The position numbers and the translations under genes are program-made. 64,000 bases of DNA from Rebecca billardiae RCC1528 (Eukaryota > Protista > Haptophyta). The notes under the pieces were generated by a model that did no database searches, had not been told where the DNA came from, and saw only the letters and a program-made list of their open reading frames with translations. This document shows positions 43,201 to 55,162 of the stretch, in pieces. Positions within the stretch are counted from its first letter, which is position 1. Every line of letters starts with the position of its first letter. Location of the stretch: positions 558,001 through 622,000 of the forward strand of contig OZ251231.1 in the NCBI GenBank assembly GCA_965240325.2. The letters run 5' to 3'.

Positions 43201-44334
43201 TCGCGCGCGCAGGCGGCGGCGTGTGCTGCTCCGTCGAGGGCCGCGCGCTCGTCGTGGGCACGCGCGAGCTCCTGCGAGCGGAGGGCCTCGCGCTGAGCGC
43301 GCGCGCCGACGCGCTCGCCTGCGCGCTCGAGGACCGCGGCGCGACCGTCGCCTTTGTCGGCGCGCGCGCTTCTGGTCGCGCCGTCGGTCTGATCGCGCTG
43401 GCCGATGTCCCCAAGCCCGACTCGCGCCGCGTGCTCGACGCGCTCGCCGCCGACGGCGTCGAGTGCTGGATGTGCACGGGGGACAACCCGCGCACGGCGC
43501 GCGCGATCGCCGCGCAGGTCGGCATCGCGCCCGAGCGCACCCTCTCTCGCCTCGCGCCCGCAGACAAGGCGGCGCACGTTCGGAGGCTGCGCGATGGCGG
43601 CGCGCGCGCGGTGGCGATGGTTGGTGACGGCGTGAACGACGCGCCCGCGCTCGCGAGCGCCGACCTCGGCGTCGCGCTCGGCGCCGGCACGGACATCGCC
43701 ATCGACGCCGCGTCGATCGTCCTGATGCGGGACTCTCTCAGCGGCGTGCTCGCCGCCATGCAAATCTCCCGCGCGACCTTCCGGCGGATTAAGCTCAACT
43801 TTCTGTGGGCGCTGGGCTTCAACGTGCTGGGTGCGCGCGCGCGCGCGCGCGCGGAGGGGCGCGGGCGGCGCCGTGCGAGGGCGCGCGCGGCGCGGGGCCG
43901 TGCAGGGCGGCACGCGCCCTGCCGGCGTGCCTGCGGCTCGGCTCGGCTGCGCGCGCGCGCGCGCGGCACGCCGCGCCTTGCCGCCGCGCGGAGGCCGCGT
44001 CGGCTCCCCCTCACCGCCGCCTGGTGCTGCGCCGGCACGCGCCGTCGTCTGCGCCCCGCGTGTGCCTCCGCTCATCACGTCGCCCGCAGGCATCCCTCTC
44101 GCGGCGGGCGTGCTGTACCCGCTTCTCCACGTCGCGCTGCCGCCGGAGCTCGCCGCGCTCGCCATGGCGTGCTCGTCCGTCTCGGTCGTCACCTCCTCGC
44201 TGCTGCTCAAGCGCTTCCGCCCAGCAGCCGAGCTGCCGGCCGAGCACGACGCCGGCAGGCGCGAGCGCGGGCACGTGCCGTTCGCCGAGGCGATTCTGCC
44301 ACTCGAGGCGGTGGAGGCATCGGGTCGGCCGTGA
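40297..44334 (+). CDS. P1B-type heavy-metal (Cu+) transporting ATPase with four N-terminal HMA domains; introns 43046-43212, 43831-44089
   Basis: HMA motifs GMSCGHC, DMRCEQC, GMTCASC, GMVCASC; also NMDVL, FFET, TGE, ACPCALGLATP, FDKTGTLT, SEHP, TGDN, GDGVNDAPALA and AMACSSVSVV. Confidence 0.95.
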
Positions 44335-44774
44335 GCCTTGGGGTTGGAGAGGCTGCTCGAGGCGCGCCCGTACCTTGGGAGCGCGTGTGACTGTGAGTCA
44401 TCGCAGCACTCTCCGCTGCCGCAGCTGAGTCAGAGGGTGCACGGCGCAGCACGGCACAGCGGTGCTGCCAGCGACGCTGAGCAAAAGCGGACCTAGAATA
44501 AGCTATATACTGCGGCTATGCAGTAGATCGCGATGACGAGATAGTCGGCTACTATATATATACATGCATATCGCTCGTCAACCAGCGATACCGCGTCGTG
44601 GCAGCGCTCGTCAGTCAGGTGTCAGCAGGCGTCACCCATGGCCACGAGTGGCGCGTGCGGCTGCGCGCACGCTGCAAGTGCAGCCTGCACTGTCGTCGCC
44701 GGCATCATGCAAGCCGCCAGGGCGCGTAGCGCGTCTCGCGACGGTGTTGTCGTCCCCGCTCACAGCGCGCCGCC

Positions 44775-46641
44775 TCATTTTCCGCCGCCCTTGTTCTGGC
44801 CGCGAGCGCCGCCTCGACTGATCGTGGCCTCGAGCTCTGCGACGCGCGCCTTGAGCCGTGCGTTCTCAGACGTCAGGCTCTGCTTTGACTCGCCTCGCAA
44901 CTTGGACGCCATGCGCGCAAAGACGTGGCGGCGCCCGCCGAGGCTGTACTCGCTCGGCTGCTCCCTCAGCTCGAGCTCGTCGACGCCGAGCTCCTTGGCG
45001 CGCAGGTTGACGGCCGTAGAGCCTCGCCTGCGGCCATCGCCCGCTGCCCCGCCGTGCGCGCCGTCGACGCTCGCGTATGCCCGGCGCGTGAGCAGAGGCG
45101 CTATGTACACGGCGTCCAGGCGATCGACCCACGTGTGGCCCTTGTTGGACCACGGGGCGGTCTCGGGCGTGTGCTCGAAGTCCTGCTGGTGCAGGTCGCT
45201 CTTCCCGTCGGGGTGGAGCACGCCCAGCGCGTGCGCGATCGGCTCGATCGCGCCGCCGAAGACGAAGATGGTGAACGCTGCGATAATCAGCGTCGTCTGT
45301 AGCACGTGCAGCTCCGCGTCCGCATCGCCAAACTGCTTGTCCTCGTAGATAAGCGAGGCGATGGCGAACGCGACGCCGCCGCGCAGCCCGGAGGCGAAGA
45401 GGGCGGCCTGGTACACGAGCGGCACGCGCGTGCCGAACGCGCGCAGCACGAGCGAGACCAGGCCGATGTTCGCCGCGCGGCCGAGCAGGCACGCGACGAG
45501 CGAGATGGCGGCGAGCCACCACGCGGCGCCCTTCAGGATCGGCATCGCAAATGCCGCCATCCCCAGGTACACGAAGATGTACGTCTCGCAGACGGTGGCG
45601 ATCGTCTTGTACGCGCGCGCGGTGAGCACGCGCGCCGGGCGCGACAGATTAGGGCGCACGTACCGCGCCATCGCCATCCCGCAGAACAGGATGGCCACGA
45701 TGCCCGACAGGTTGCACACCTCACACACGTAGAAGGACAGCCAAGGCGCGACGACCGACAGCGCCGTCTCGAGGAAGAGCGTGGACGCCTCGTCGGCGAG
45801 GCCGAGCAGCTTGTATCCGTACGCGCTCGCCGCGCCGAAGAGGATGCCCGCGAGCGTGGACGCGCAGAACGTGTACAGGAAGATGCCCACCGCGCCGAGC
45901 ACGCTCAGCGCCGTCACCTCTGTGTGCCGGAACGCGACAAACGTGCGCGCGAGCACGAGCGCGATCGCGTCGTTCATCACGCTCTCGCCAAAGACGAGGG
46001 CGAAGAGGTCGGGCTGCACGCCGAGCGCCTGGAAGACGCTGAGCACGGTCACCGGGTCCGTCGCCGAGATGAGCGCGCCGAATGTGAGGCTGGCGATCCC
46101 GCCGAGCGGCTCACACCAGCCGAGGTTCGAGGCACCGAACACGATCCCGCCGACGACAAAGGTCGAGATGGTGGTCCCCAGGAAGGCGTAGCTGAGCATG
46201 GGCAGAGCGGCGTCCAGGAAGGTCTGCTGGTTCATGTTGAACCCCGCCTCAAATATGATGGGCGGAAGCAGCCAAATCTGCGCACAGCGACGGCCGCGCG
46301 GCACGGCTGGCGCCGTCATGGCCGTCGCGCGCGCGCGCGCGATCAGGGACGTGGCGTCGCGCGCGAGCGCTCACCATGAAGAACTCAAAGTCGAAGACGA
46401 GATGCGATGATATCCCGTCGATGTGCGTCAGCTCGAACACGAGGGCCGCGATTGTGCCGAGGAGGACGGCGAGCCCGGCCTCGGGCAGCCACCACACACC
46501 CTTCTTCTCGAGGATGTGCCCGCCGGCAAAGGAGAGGCCAAGGCATACCAGGCCGATGATGATGGCCCCTGCAAGATCGTGCGGGTGCTCGTGTGCCTCG
46601 TGCTCCACCACCGCTGGTGCCTCCAGGAGTTCGCTCGCCAT
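44775..46641 (-). CDS. Na+/H+ exchanger (CPA1, NHE8/endosomal NHX-like); intron 46278-46374
   Basis: Motifs WLPEAG, FDFEFFM|IWLLPPIIFEAG, FGALISATDPVTVL, FGESVMNDA, SGIVAILFCG and GLRGGVAFA. Confidence 0.93.
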
Positions 46642-46973
46642 GTGGCGGCGCTTAAGTCGGCACTCGTCGCGCGGTCGTCGATGGCGCCCTGGCCGCCGAC
46701 CACTTTTCTTTTGGACGCGCCTCCCGAAAACTTGATTGCCCCGGACCGGACCGGCAGAAAGAAAAAGTGAATAACTCGAGGAAAAAGATCCGCGGCCCCG
46801 GCCGTGCTACGCAAACGATATCCGCCTCGATGACCCCTTGCTGGCACTACGGTGGCAATTAGTGGCAGGGCTGACTGGCTACCACTCTCACAACTCACTG
46901 TCTGAAACCGACACGGTGACGGTGACCATTTAGACCAACTTAGCCGACCGGGCATCTGTTGAGGAGACTGAGT

Positions 46974-47222
46974 GACGACCAGCCGGGGACGGGGTCATCG
47001 TGCGGCGCTGAAGGCGAGTGAAGCCTGGCCAGACCTGTGACTGGCACGGAGTGGCAGTGACTGAGTGGTCACTGCACCTGACCACCCGTACGGCCCGCCT
47101 CACCAGCACGGCCGATGACGACCAGCCGGGGTCATCGTGCGGCGCTGAAGCCTGGCCAGACCTGTGACTGAGTGGTCACGGCACCTGACCACCTAGTGAC
47201 CTACGGCCCCCTCACCAGCACT
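46974..47222. repeat. Two-copy imperfect tandem repeat (~110-140 bp)
   Basis: GACGACCAGCCGGGG..TCATCGTGCGGCGCTGAAG..CCTGGCCAGACCTGTGACTG..AGTGGTCAC.GCACCTGACCACC..CTCACCAGCAC at ~46974-47109 and ~47117-47221. Confidence 0.85.
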
Positions 47223-48663
47223 GGCCGTAACGGGCGTCTGTACAGAGTAGTGCGTCCGACCGGGCCGCCCTCCAGCACGAGCCGCACGCTAGGTGGCGCG
47301 CTCCTTCCGCTTCCCTGCCGATTCAGATTTGACACCTGGCATCATTGGTCCCGTGAGCTGCGGCTGCTGCAGCCGCAACGTGCTGGCGCGGCGAGACAGC
47401 CTGGACAGTGAGTGCGGACCAAGACCGTGACACTAAGCACCGTGGCTTACTCGTGCAGCATCCGCACCGTGCGCGCACAAAGAGTTCATAGCGTAACGCA
47501 GGGCGACGCGCGCGCGCGGCGAGCGAGCCGGACAACCACCGCCCGCCTCCACATGCAGCCCCCGCGCGCGCGGCGCGCACCATGACCATCCGCCCCAGAG
47601 TGCCGCATAGCGCGCAGCGTGCGCGGTCGCACCTGGGTCGTTGGACGTATGCCGTGGCGCGGGCACGGCGCGGCGATGCCGCGCTTGCTTCTCCCGGGGG
47701 CCTGAGGCCCCCACGCGCGGCGGACTCCGTGCGCGCGCCCCGCCTGATGAGCGCGCGGCGCGCGGCCATCGAGCCTCCATGTGCTGGGCCGTTGCGCGTG
47801 CCGCCTGGTGCGTATTCGGTCTCGTCAGATGCGTGCTCGGTCTCGTCAATCGTTACCCGCGTCGCTTGCGGCAGGCAGCCCCCCTTCTAGCGGTTCTCGA
47901 GGCCAAACCATCGACGCTTGGACGCCTACGGCCGCGCGAAGCGACGGCGCCGAGCGGGCGCGCGCGCCCGGTACGAGAGGTAGACTCCCACATCGTGCCT
48001 CCACACCCCGCCCGCGCCAGCGCACCCGCCCCTGGAGCTCTTCCCGCTCGTCGACGGCGCTCGGCACCCGAGCCGAGCCGAACGTGTGCACGGCGCACGA
48101 CGCAGCGCGGCGCGACGGGCGCGGCGCGGCGCGCTCGGAATTTTCCTGAAGAGGGCTCCGAGCGTACGGGCCGACGCGCCCACTCGCGGCGCGCCCCGCG
48201 CGCGCCCCGCCAAATGCGCGTGTATAGGCGAGGCGCGGGTCGAGGCGCTCGGGTGCTCGGCGCGGCCGTCAACAGGCCGCCCCCCCGCGAGTTGAGGAGC
48301 GTCCCCGGATTCCATTTGCCGGACTCTCCTTGATGCTACGCAAAGCCGCGGGGGCGGCCGTCCCGTCGAAACGGACGTGCCCCCCCCCGCGGAAAAAGGG
48401 AAAATAATGTCATCAAAATGCAATCAACCGGGGCACCGGCCGAAGCGGCGAAGCCAAGCGAGCGAGCCCGCCGCGTTTTGACCAGCTTCGCTGCAAGTTC
48501 TGAGCAAATCAACGCGACGAGGCGACCGTTGCCGTCGGCGTTGGGACAATTTGGTCGGGAGAGCTCTCCAGCGCACTGCAACGCTGCCGACCAACCTGCG
48601 CGCGCGGAAAAGGCGATCGATCATCGATCGCCGAGATCCACACCGACCGGCGCGACTCCAAGG

Positions 48664-49377
48664 ATGCTCACGGCCATGATCGCACCGTTCTTCACAGCCG
48701 GCGTCGCGGCGCGCAGCTTTCCCTCGGCGCCTCGCCTCGCCCCTCGTACAGGCCTCTCACGCGTCGCCATGTCCACCTCCGCCGAGCACTTCTCGCAGCT
48801 CGTGCACGCCCGCTACGCGTGCAAGGCGTTCGATCCGAGCAAGCCGGTTGACGACGGCGCCCTTCGCGCGTGCCTCGAGCTCGCGCAGAGGGCGCCAACG
48901 TCGTTCAACACGCAGCCATGGGTCGCGATCGTCGTGAAGGGCGCCGACGCGAAGGCGACGCTCAGTGAGGCCCTGGCGGAGGGCAACCGGCCGAAGCTCG
49001 AGTCCGCGCCCGCCGCCATCGTGTTCGCCGCCGACATGGAGCCGGAGAAGCTCCTCACTGAAGCAACTCCTGATTTTGTGCGCAATGCACTTCCCATCTT
49101 CATGGAGCAGTGCACGACGCCTGAGGCGTGGGCCTTCAAGCAGACCTCCTTCGCGGCAGGCACCTTCATGCTCGCAGCGACCGCCCACGGGTTGCAGACA
49201 TGCCCGATGGAAGGCTTTGCATCGAGCACGGCGGTGCGAGACGCAGTTGGGCTGCCGGCGCGGTACGCAGTGCCGCTCGTTGTCGCCGTCGGCCACGAGC
49301 TCGAGCCTCCCGCCAAGCGCAGCCCGCGCTTTGACCTGTCATCGCAGGTCTTCGTGGACACGTTTGGCCAGCACTGA
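48664..49377 (+). CDS. Nitroreductase family flavoprotein with N-terminal targeting presequence
   Basis: Motifs ARYACKAFDPSKPV, AQRAPTSFNTQPW, MLAATAHGLQTCPMEGF and VVAVGH; Ala/Arg/Ser-rich N-terminus. Confidence 0.9.
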   Translation: MLTAMIAPFFTAGVAARSFPSAPRLAPRTGLSRVAMSTSAEHFSQLVHARYACKAFDPSKPVDDGALRACLELAQRAPTSFNTQPWVAIVVKGADAKATLSEALAEGNRPKLESAPAAIVFAADMEPEKLLTEATPDFVRNALPIFMEQCTTPEAWAFKQTSFAAGTFMLAATAHGLQTCPMEGFASSTAVRDAVGLPARYAVPLVVAVGHELEPPAKRSPRFDLSSQVFVDTFGQH

Positions 49378-50412
49378 CTTGGTGCCGCATTGAAACTTTA
49401 ACTTTTTAGATGAATTGCCTGCAATATATGAGAATCGTTAATATATTATATAATAAGATAATAATAATAATCGATATTAATGCGAGCTGCGAGGCAGCAG
49501 GGAGGCGCAGTCGCATAGCAGTCGCCCAATTCCGAAATAGGCGGTCGCCTGACAGCAACGGTCCGACTCTCACGATTCGGCACTGCTCTCCGATCCTGGT
49601 CTGAGACCCCGCTTTAACAGTTGATTATGCAGCCGACCGACACTCTTGAGTAGCAACTTGAACTGGCAATGACATGCAGGCACCGCTGCTGTCAGTAGCT
49701 GGCTGTTTCAAACCACACTCATTACTGCGACAGCAGCCGCTGCGCTGAGTTATATTGTAATCATTTACGACAGTAATAACTAATAAGGCACCGCGTGCCG
49801 ACTGTCGGGTGCAGTAGTTACGCCGCATCAGGCCCGATTCGGCCGCTTGACGGTTTAGATAAATTAGAATTAGACCGGACTCCGCGAAACTGCTGCTTAT
49901 AAACTCCTTATTCATTTGAACTTAGCGGGATGCATCGCCGCATCCGTGCGCATCAGTGATCTGAGACCGGCGCTATGACTCATTAGCTCGGTCCATGCGG
50001 CCATGCCGCGGCACTGCCTGTCATAACAAGCGCATAGCACGCTGCTACTACTAGCAGTTCATACTGATCATAGGTCGATAGTGTTGACGTCTGATAGTAA
50101 TCACGCTGAGAATATAATTATAAACTGACTATGAATTTACAGAAAGAACTGCGCGCTGACACAGGCCCGTCGGACAGCCGTCGGACGGCCGTGCGGGCAC
50201 TGGCGCCTACTCAGGCTGCCCGCGCACGCAAGATTGAAGGTCGCGTGTTTGGCCAGCGCAGAGGCCGGTGTTCCTCCCTCGTCGTCCAACACCGTCGCCA
50301 GGTGCCAGGCTGCTTGATTGCTCCGGAAGGCACTCTGCGGCGTTGGGACGGGCAAGCTTGCGCTACTCTTGCTTGGAGGAACCATGCAAGTCGAGGGCGG
50401 ACGCGGCGGCGG

Positions 50413-50910
50413 TCAGGCCTGGGCTTGTGCCCGCGGTTCTGCTGCGCCGATCTCCTGGATTGAATCGTCCTCGGCGGTGCCATTCGGCCCGTTCGCGGCC
50501 TGCGCGTCATCTTTTGAAAGCACAAACTCTGCCATGGACTTGGCCAGTGCGCTCACGTTACCGAGCTCCTCCTTGATCATCTGCAGCTCGGACTCCAGAA
50601 GCTGCCGCTCGAGCTGCGCGACGCGGTAGTTCTGGTGCGCGACCTCCATCGCCGCCTGCGTTTTCTGCTCGAGGCCGACCTTGACAGCCTCGAGCTGCTC
50701 GCGCAGCGCGGCAACAGGTGAGGTCTCCAGCTCGGCGATGGCGCGCTCGAGCCGGGAGTCGAGCTGTGAGAAGCGCGCGAAGAGGTCCTCAATCTGCTCG
50801 CGCAAGAATCGCCCGCGCCTTTGCTGCAGAACCACGACCACCCCCACCGCCGCAGCCACCCCCACCGCCGCAGCAGCTGACACGACGTTCGCAACGCCCG
50901 CCATCGGCAT
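50413..50910 (-). CDS. Hypothetical protein, N-terminal TM anchor plus coiled coil
   Basis: Hydrophobic AAAAVGVAAAVGVVVVL followed by a heptad-rich E/Q/L region; coding-like codon pattern. Confidence 0.6.
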   Translation of the reverse strand: MPMAGVANVVSAAAAVGVAAAVGVVVVLQQRRGRFLREQIEDLFARFSQLDSRLERAIAELETSPVAALREQLEAVKVGLEQKTQAAMEVAHQNYRVAQLERQLLESELQMIKEELGNVSALAKSMAEFVLSKDDAQAANGPNGTAEDDSIQEIGAAEPRAQAQA

Positions 50911-51029
50911 GACCGTTCACTCCCTTCTCCGGCGGCCCCCCGACCGGACTTTGGCCGCGGTCACGCGGTGTGGCTCCCGGACCACCGTTCCGGGGCCGCC
51001 GAGACTTGCGCAGTGCCGGCGGCGACGGA

Positions 51030-53057
51030 ATGACGGCGCTCTGGTCCTCCGGCCGCCGCGCGGCACACCCTGCCGCGCTCCGGCGCGCCCTGTCGAGCTC
51101 GACGATGACGGGCCCGTCGGACGGGTACCTGCACCGCACCGCCATCCCGACCTACCACTTCCAGTCATCGCTTCCACGCCTGCCCGTCCCCAAGCTCGAC
51201 AAGTCGCTCGAGCGCTACGCGTACTTTGCGGAGCCGCTCGTGCCGGCCGCGCAGCTCGAGGCGACGCGCGGGCGCGTGCGCGCGTTCGCGAGGGCGGAGG
51301 GCGTGGCTCTGCAGGCCGAGCTCGAGCGCCGGGCCGCCGCCACGTACTCCAGCTTCATCTCCGCGCCCTGGTTCGACATGTACCTGCGCGACCGGCGGCC
51401 GCTCATGCTTAATCACAACCCTCACCTCGGCTTCGTGGACGAGCCGGGCGTGGGCCGGATGGAGCAGGCCGCGCGGGCCGCACGGCTGATCGACGCGTCA
51501 GTCGCGTTCTACCGCACCCTCCGCGACGCCGAGCTCGAGCCCGACGTCTTCCACACGAAGCCGAAGCTCACGCACTCTGTCGGTTGGGAGCTGATGGTGG
51601 CGGCCCTCCCCTCGCCCGTCGCCTTCTACGGCGCGGCGGCGTGCGGCGCGTACCCGCTGGACATGTCGCAGTACGGCTCGCTCTTCGAGTCGACGCGCAT
51701 CCCGCGGCCCGGCCGCGACGAGCTGCGCAAGGCTCGCGACCTGCCCACGCCCGCGCGGCACGTCGCCGTGCAGTGCGGCTCCCGTTTCTGGCAGTTGCAG
51801 GTGGTGGGCGCGGACGGGCGCTCGCTCGGCGCCGAGGCGATCGAGCGCGGGCTGCGCGAGATCCTGGCGCGCTCGGAGCCGCCGGGCACCGCGAACCCCG
51901 CCGCCGCCTCGCCGCCCCCGCCCCCGCTCGGCGCGCTCACCTCGCTGCCGCGCGACGAGTGGGCGGCGGCGCGCGCGGCGATCGAGGAGTCGTGTGTCGA
52001 GGCGCGCGACGCGCTCGGCGCCATCGACTCGGCGCTGTTCGCGGTGTGCCTGGAGCACGCGGCGCCGGAGGGGGCGGTCGAGACGAACCGCACCTTCCTC
52101 CACGGCGACGGCACCAACCGCTGGTTCGACAAGTCCTTCCAGCTGCTCGTGTGCGCGAACGGGCGCGCGGCCGTCAACTTTGAGCACTCGTGGGGCGACG
52201 GCGTCGCCGTGCTTCGTTACTTTAACGAGGTGCACGCGTACGCGTGCGCGCTGCCGGGCGGGGGGCGGCAGGGCTCGGCGAAGCGGCGGCGCGGCGCGCC
52301 CGCGCCCGTGCGCGAGCTCCGCCTCGCCGCCAGCCTCCCGCCGGAGGTCGCCGCCGCCGTGCCGCGCGCGGTCGAGCGCGCGCGGCACCAGATTTCCAAA
52401 AATGCCGTTCAGATCGTCGAGAGTGAGGCGATCGGCTCGGCGTTCGCCAAGTCGAACGCGCTGTCGCCGGACGGGCTGATGCAGATGACGCTGCAGCTCG
52501 CGCACCACCGGCTGCACGGCTGCCAGGCCTCGACCTACGAGTCCGCCTCCACCGCCGCGTTCAAGCACGGCCGGACCGAGACGATCCGAGCGGCGACGCC
52601 CGAGTCGGCCGCGCTGTGCCGAGCGTTCGCCGACCCCGCGTCGAGCGCAGCCGAGCGCGAGGCCGCGCTGCGCCGCGCGGTGGACACGCACTCGCGCGTG
52701 ACGCGCGACGCGCTCGTGGGCAACGGCGTCGACCGCCACCTCTTCGCGCTGCGCGAGCTCGCGGCCGAGCTGCACGGCGCGCCGCCCGAGGCGCTGAATG
52801 ACGAAACGTACGCGGCGTTCAGCAAGATCATCATCTCCACGTCCACGCTCAACTCGGACGCGCTCGCCGACGGCGGCTTCGGGCCGGTGAACGAGCAGTG
52901 CTACGCGGCTGGGTACGGGATCCGGCCCGAGGGCTGCAGGTACGTGCTCCGATCCGAGCGGCCGGACGTCCCGGACTTCGCAGCAGCCATTCGCGCTGCG
53001 CAGGCGGACATCCGCGAGGCGCTGCGCACCGGCGACCCCGCCGCCGCCAAGTCGTAG
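51030..53057 (+). CDS. CPT2: Carnitine O-palmitoyltransferase 2-like (choline/carnitine acyltransferase), mitochondrial
   Basis: Motifs PTYHFQSSLPRLPVPKL, WFDMYL, AYPLDMSQY, NRWFDKSF, NFEHSWGDG (catalytic His), TYESASTAAFKHGRTETIR and GVDRHLFAL; Arg/Ser-rich presequence. Confidence 0.92.
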   Translation: MTALWSSGRRAAHPAALRRALSSSTMTGPSDGYLHRTAIPTYHFQSSLPRLPVPKLDKSLERYAYFAEPLVPAAQLEATRGRVRAFARAEGVALQAELERRAAATYSSFISAPWFDMYLRDRRPLMLNHNPHLGFVDEPGVGRMEQAARAARLIDASVAFYRTLRDAELEPDVFHTKPKLTHSVGWELMVAALPSPVAFYGAAACGAYPLDMSQYGSLFESTRIPRPGRDELRKARDLPTPARHVAVQCGSRFWQLQVVGADGRSLGAEAIERGLREILARSEPPGTANPAAASPPPPPLGALTSLPRDEWAAARAAIEESCVEARDALGAIDSALFAVCLEHAAPEGAVETNRTFLHGDGTNRWFDKSFQLLVCANGRAAVNFEHSWGDGVAVLRYFNEVHAYACALPGGGRQGSAKRRRGAPAPVRELRLAASLPPEVAAAVPRAVERARHQISKNAVQIVESEAIGSAFAKSNALSPDGLMQMTLQLAHHRLHGCQASTYESASTAAFKHGRTETIRAATPESAALCRAFADPASSAAEREAALRRAVDTHSRVTRDALVGNGVDRHLFALRELAAELHGAPPEALNDETYAAFSKIIISTSTLNSDALADGGFGPVNEQCYAAGYGIRPEGCRYVLRSERPDVPDFAAAIRAAQADIREALRTGDPAAAKS

Positions 53058-54886
53058 TAACGACTGCTGCGCTGTTTGAGCGTGTAGTCGTAGTTAATAT
53101 ATATGACCGCGTTCCGCGGTCCTTCCGTAGAACCAACGTAGTTAGGGGCCCGCGGTGCACCCTCCGTCGGCATATGCTGTCCGTCCAACGCGCGGCCGTA
53201 GCGGCAGCAGCAGCGCGGAGCGCCGTCGAGCACGCGCGGCAATAAACGAATAATGGAATATATATTCTGCATCAGCGCGGGCGAGTCGACGGTCTGGAAA
53301 ATGCGCGATCACGCCACAGCAGGCTGGCAGAGTCCGCCCCGAGCTGCAGCATGCGCCGTAGGTGCTGCCCCAAGCTCTCGACTGCCCGTAAGCGGCGGCA
53401 TGTGCGGCGGCGCCGGCGGCGGCCATGCTGCCCCGCCGTTGCGCGCCGCGGGGCGCTGCCAGCACCTCCGTGGTGAAGCGCACAGCGCTCGAGCCCACAG
53501 GGGCTGGCGACCGTCAAACCGACACCCCATGACACGGGCCGGGGCTGCGTGTGCCAGCTGCACGCACCCCCTGGGCCCACCTGGCCCGCTCGAGCAGCTC
53601 GCGCCTTGGGTGCGCACAGCGGCTCGAGTATACTGGTATGGGACGCCTGCTGCGGTGCCGCCGAGCGAGCACGTGCGGCCGAGGGTCACGCAGCACGGGC
53701 GACTCGACGGCGGCGAGCAGGCGCGACGGCCTCGCCGCGCCGCGGTAGAGCCTGCCCGGGCTGCAGCACACCGTAGGAGCAGCCCAGCGCCCTCCTCCGC
53801 CCTCCAGCTTCGGCGCGCGCAGCAGGCCCGGCGGCGGACATGCTGGCGTGCCCAAGCAAGCAGGCAGATGGGCGCTGCCGGCCGCGCCGTCGCAAAGCGC
53901 GCAGAACTCGAGCTCGGGGGGGCGGACGGCCGCCAAACTGGCGCCGCAGGACGTGGCACTGCGTGCGCCAGCTGCGCGCACCCGCTGCGCCCGCGTAGCC
54001 CGTGCGAGCGCCGCGCCTCGAGCACACGCCGCAGCAGCTCGACACAGCCACTGCAGCGCGCACGCAGCCTGCACGGAGTGCACGCCGTGGCCCGTCGGCA
54101 TCTTGGAAGCCGCCGAGAGCGTGTGCTTTCCCCGCACGACGGCGGTAGCTGCCGCGATGTATACGAGCGTGCTGCCGCGCCGGCCGCCGCTGCCCGGCCG
54201 CTGCGCCGGCTTCCACTCCGCGCCCGCTGCGCGTCCGCAGCTGGCAGCTGCGCCCGCCGTCAGCCGGCCCGGTGGCCAGCTGCCGCGCTCGCTGGGCGAC
54301 CACTCGATGATGCGCGCAGCGTAAAGTGCGCGCTGGGCACCTCCTCGTCGCGTGCAATTTCGAGGTAGTCCTGCATCTGCTCCTGCATCAGCCCCTCCCA
54401 CCCTGCGCGCGGGCGCGGACGGAGTCGCACGCACGCGGTCCGATCGACGATCGATCGAGGCGCGGGCCGCGGCGGGACGGGCGTCGACGCGCAGGTTAGG
54501 TAGGTATGGTGCCGGCGCTTCCCGCAGGCGTTGCGCGCTTGGGGCGAGTGGGGCGCGTGGGCGAGACCAGCGGCCAGCCAGCCCACGCCACCGGCGCGAG
54601 GGCACCGGCGCGGCGCGCACACACACTTTGGGCCGCGGACCTGGTCGCCGTGGTCGCGGGGCCGCCGCGCGGCTGCGTGACCGGCAGCTGTGAGTGAGCT
54701 GATCGAGTGAGCAAGCCGAATGCGCGTCCGGAGGTACCTGCAGGCGCGCTCGGGGAGGGCCGAGGGCGATAGGTCGAGACCAGCGGCCGGCCGGCACCCG
54801 TCGCGCACGCACTCGGTGCGCGCCTTTGAAGGCGGCATCCTCGCTCGGGCCGATGTCGTCGCGCCGCTCGCGAGCACGAGACAGCT

Positions 54887-55162
54887 GACAGGCGGGTAAC
54901 TTGGTTGTGACAAGCGCTATTCAAAAGAATATCTTTCAATATTATCAAGGCGGTTCATCCATCGAGGCAAGCGGGTAACTGGCTTAAAATAGCGCTATTC
55001 AAAAGAATCTCTTCAATATGATGAGGAGGTTCATCCAACGAGACAGGTGGGTAACTTGGTTTAAACGCGCTATTCAAAAGAATCTCTTTCAATACCATGA
55101 GGCGGTTCATCCATCGAGACAGGCGGGTAACTTCTTTTCGCAAGCGCTATTCAAAAGAATCT
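54887..55162. repeat. Tandem array of ~3.5 copies of a ~77-bp AT-rich unit, probably transposon subterminal repeats
   Basis: Recurrent GCGGGTAACT..GCGCTATTCAAAAGAAT.TCTTTCAATA..ATGAGGCGGTTCATCCATCGAGACA. Confidence 0.9.

Noticed and set aside
47323-48333. Possible small multi-exon gene between the exchanger and the nitroreductase
   Set aside because: It contains intron-like GC runs, but I could not assemble a consistent reading frame.
53253-54913. Overlapping 200-430 aa ORFs
   Set aside because: No frame shows coding-like composition or motifs. The region has internal repeats and is more likely a TE body.
54887-55162. CRISPR-like array
   Set aside because: The sequence between the conserved blocks is itself repeated, so there are no unique spacers. 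There are no cas genes and the context is eukaryotic.
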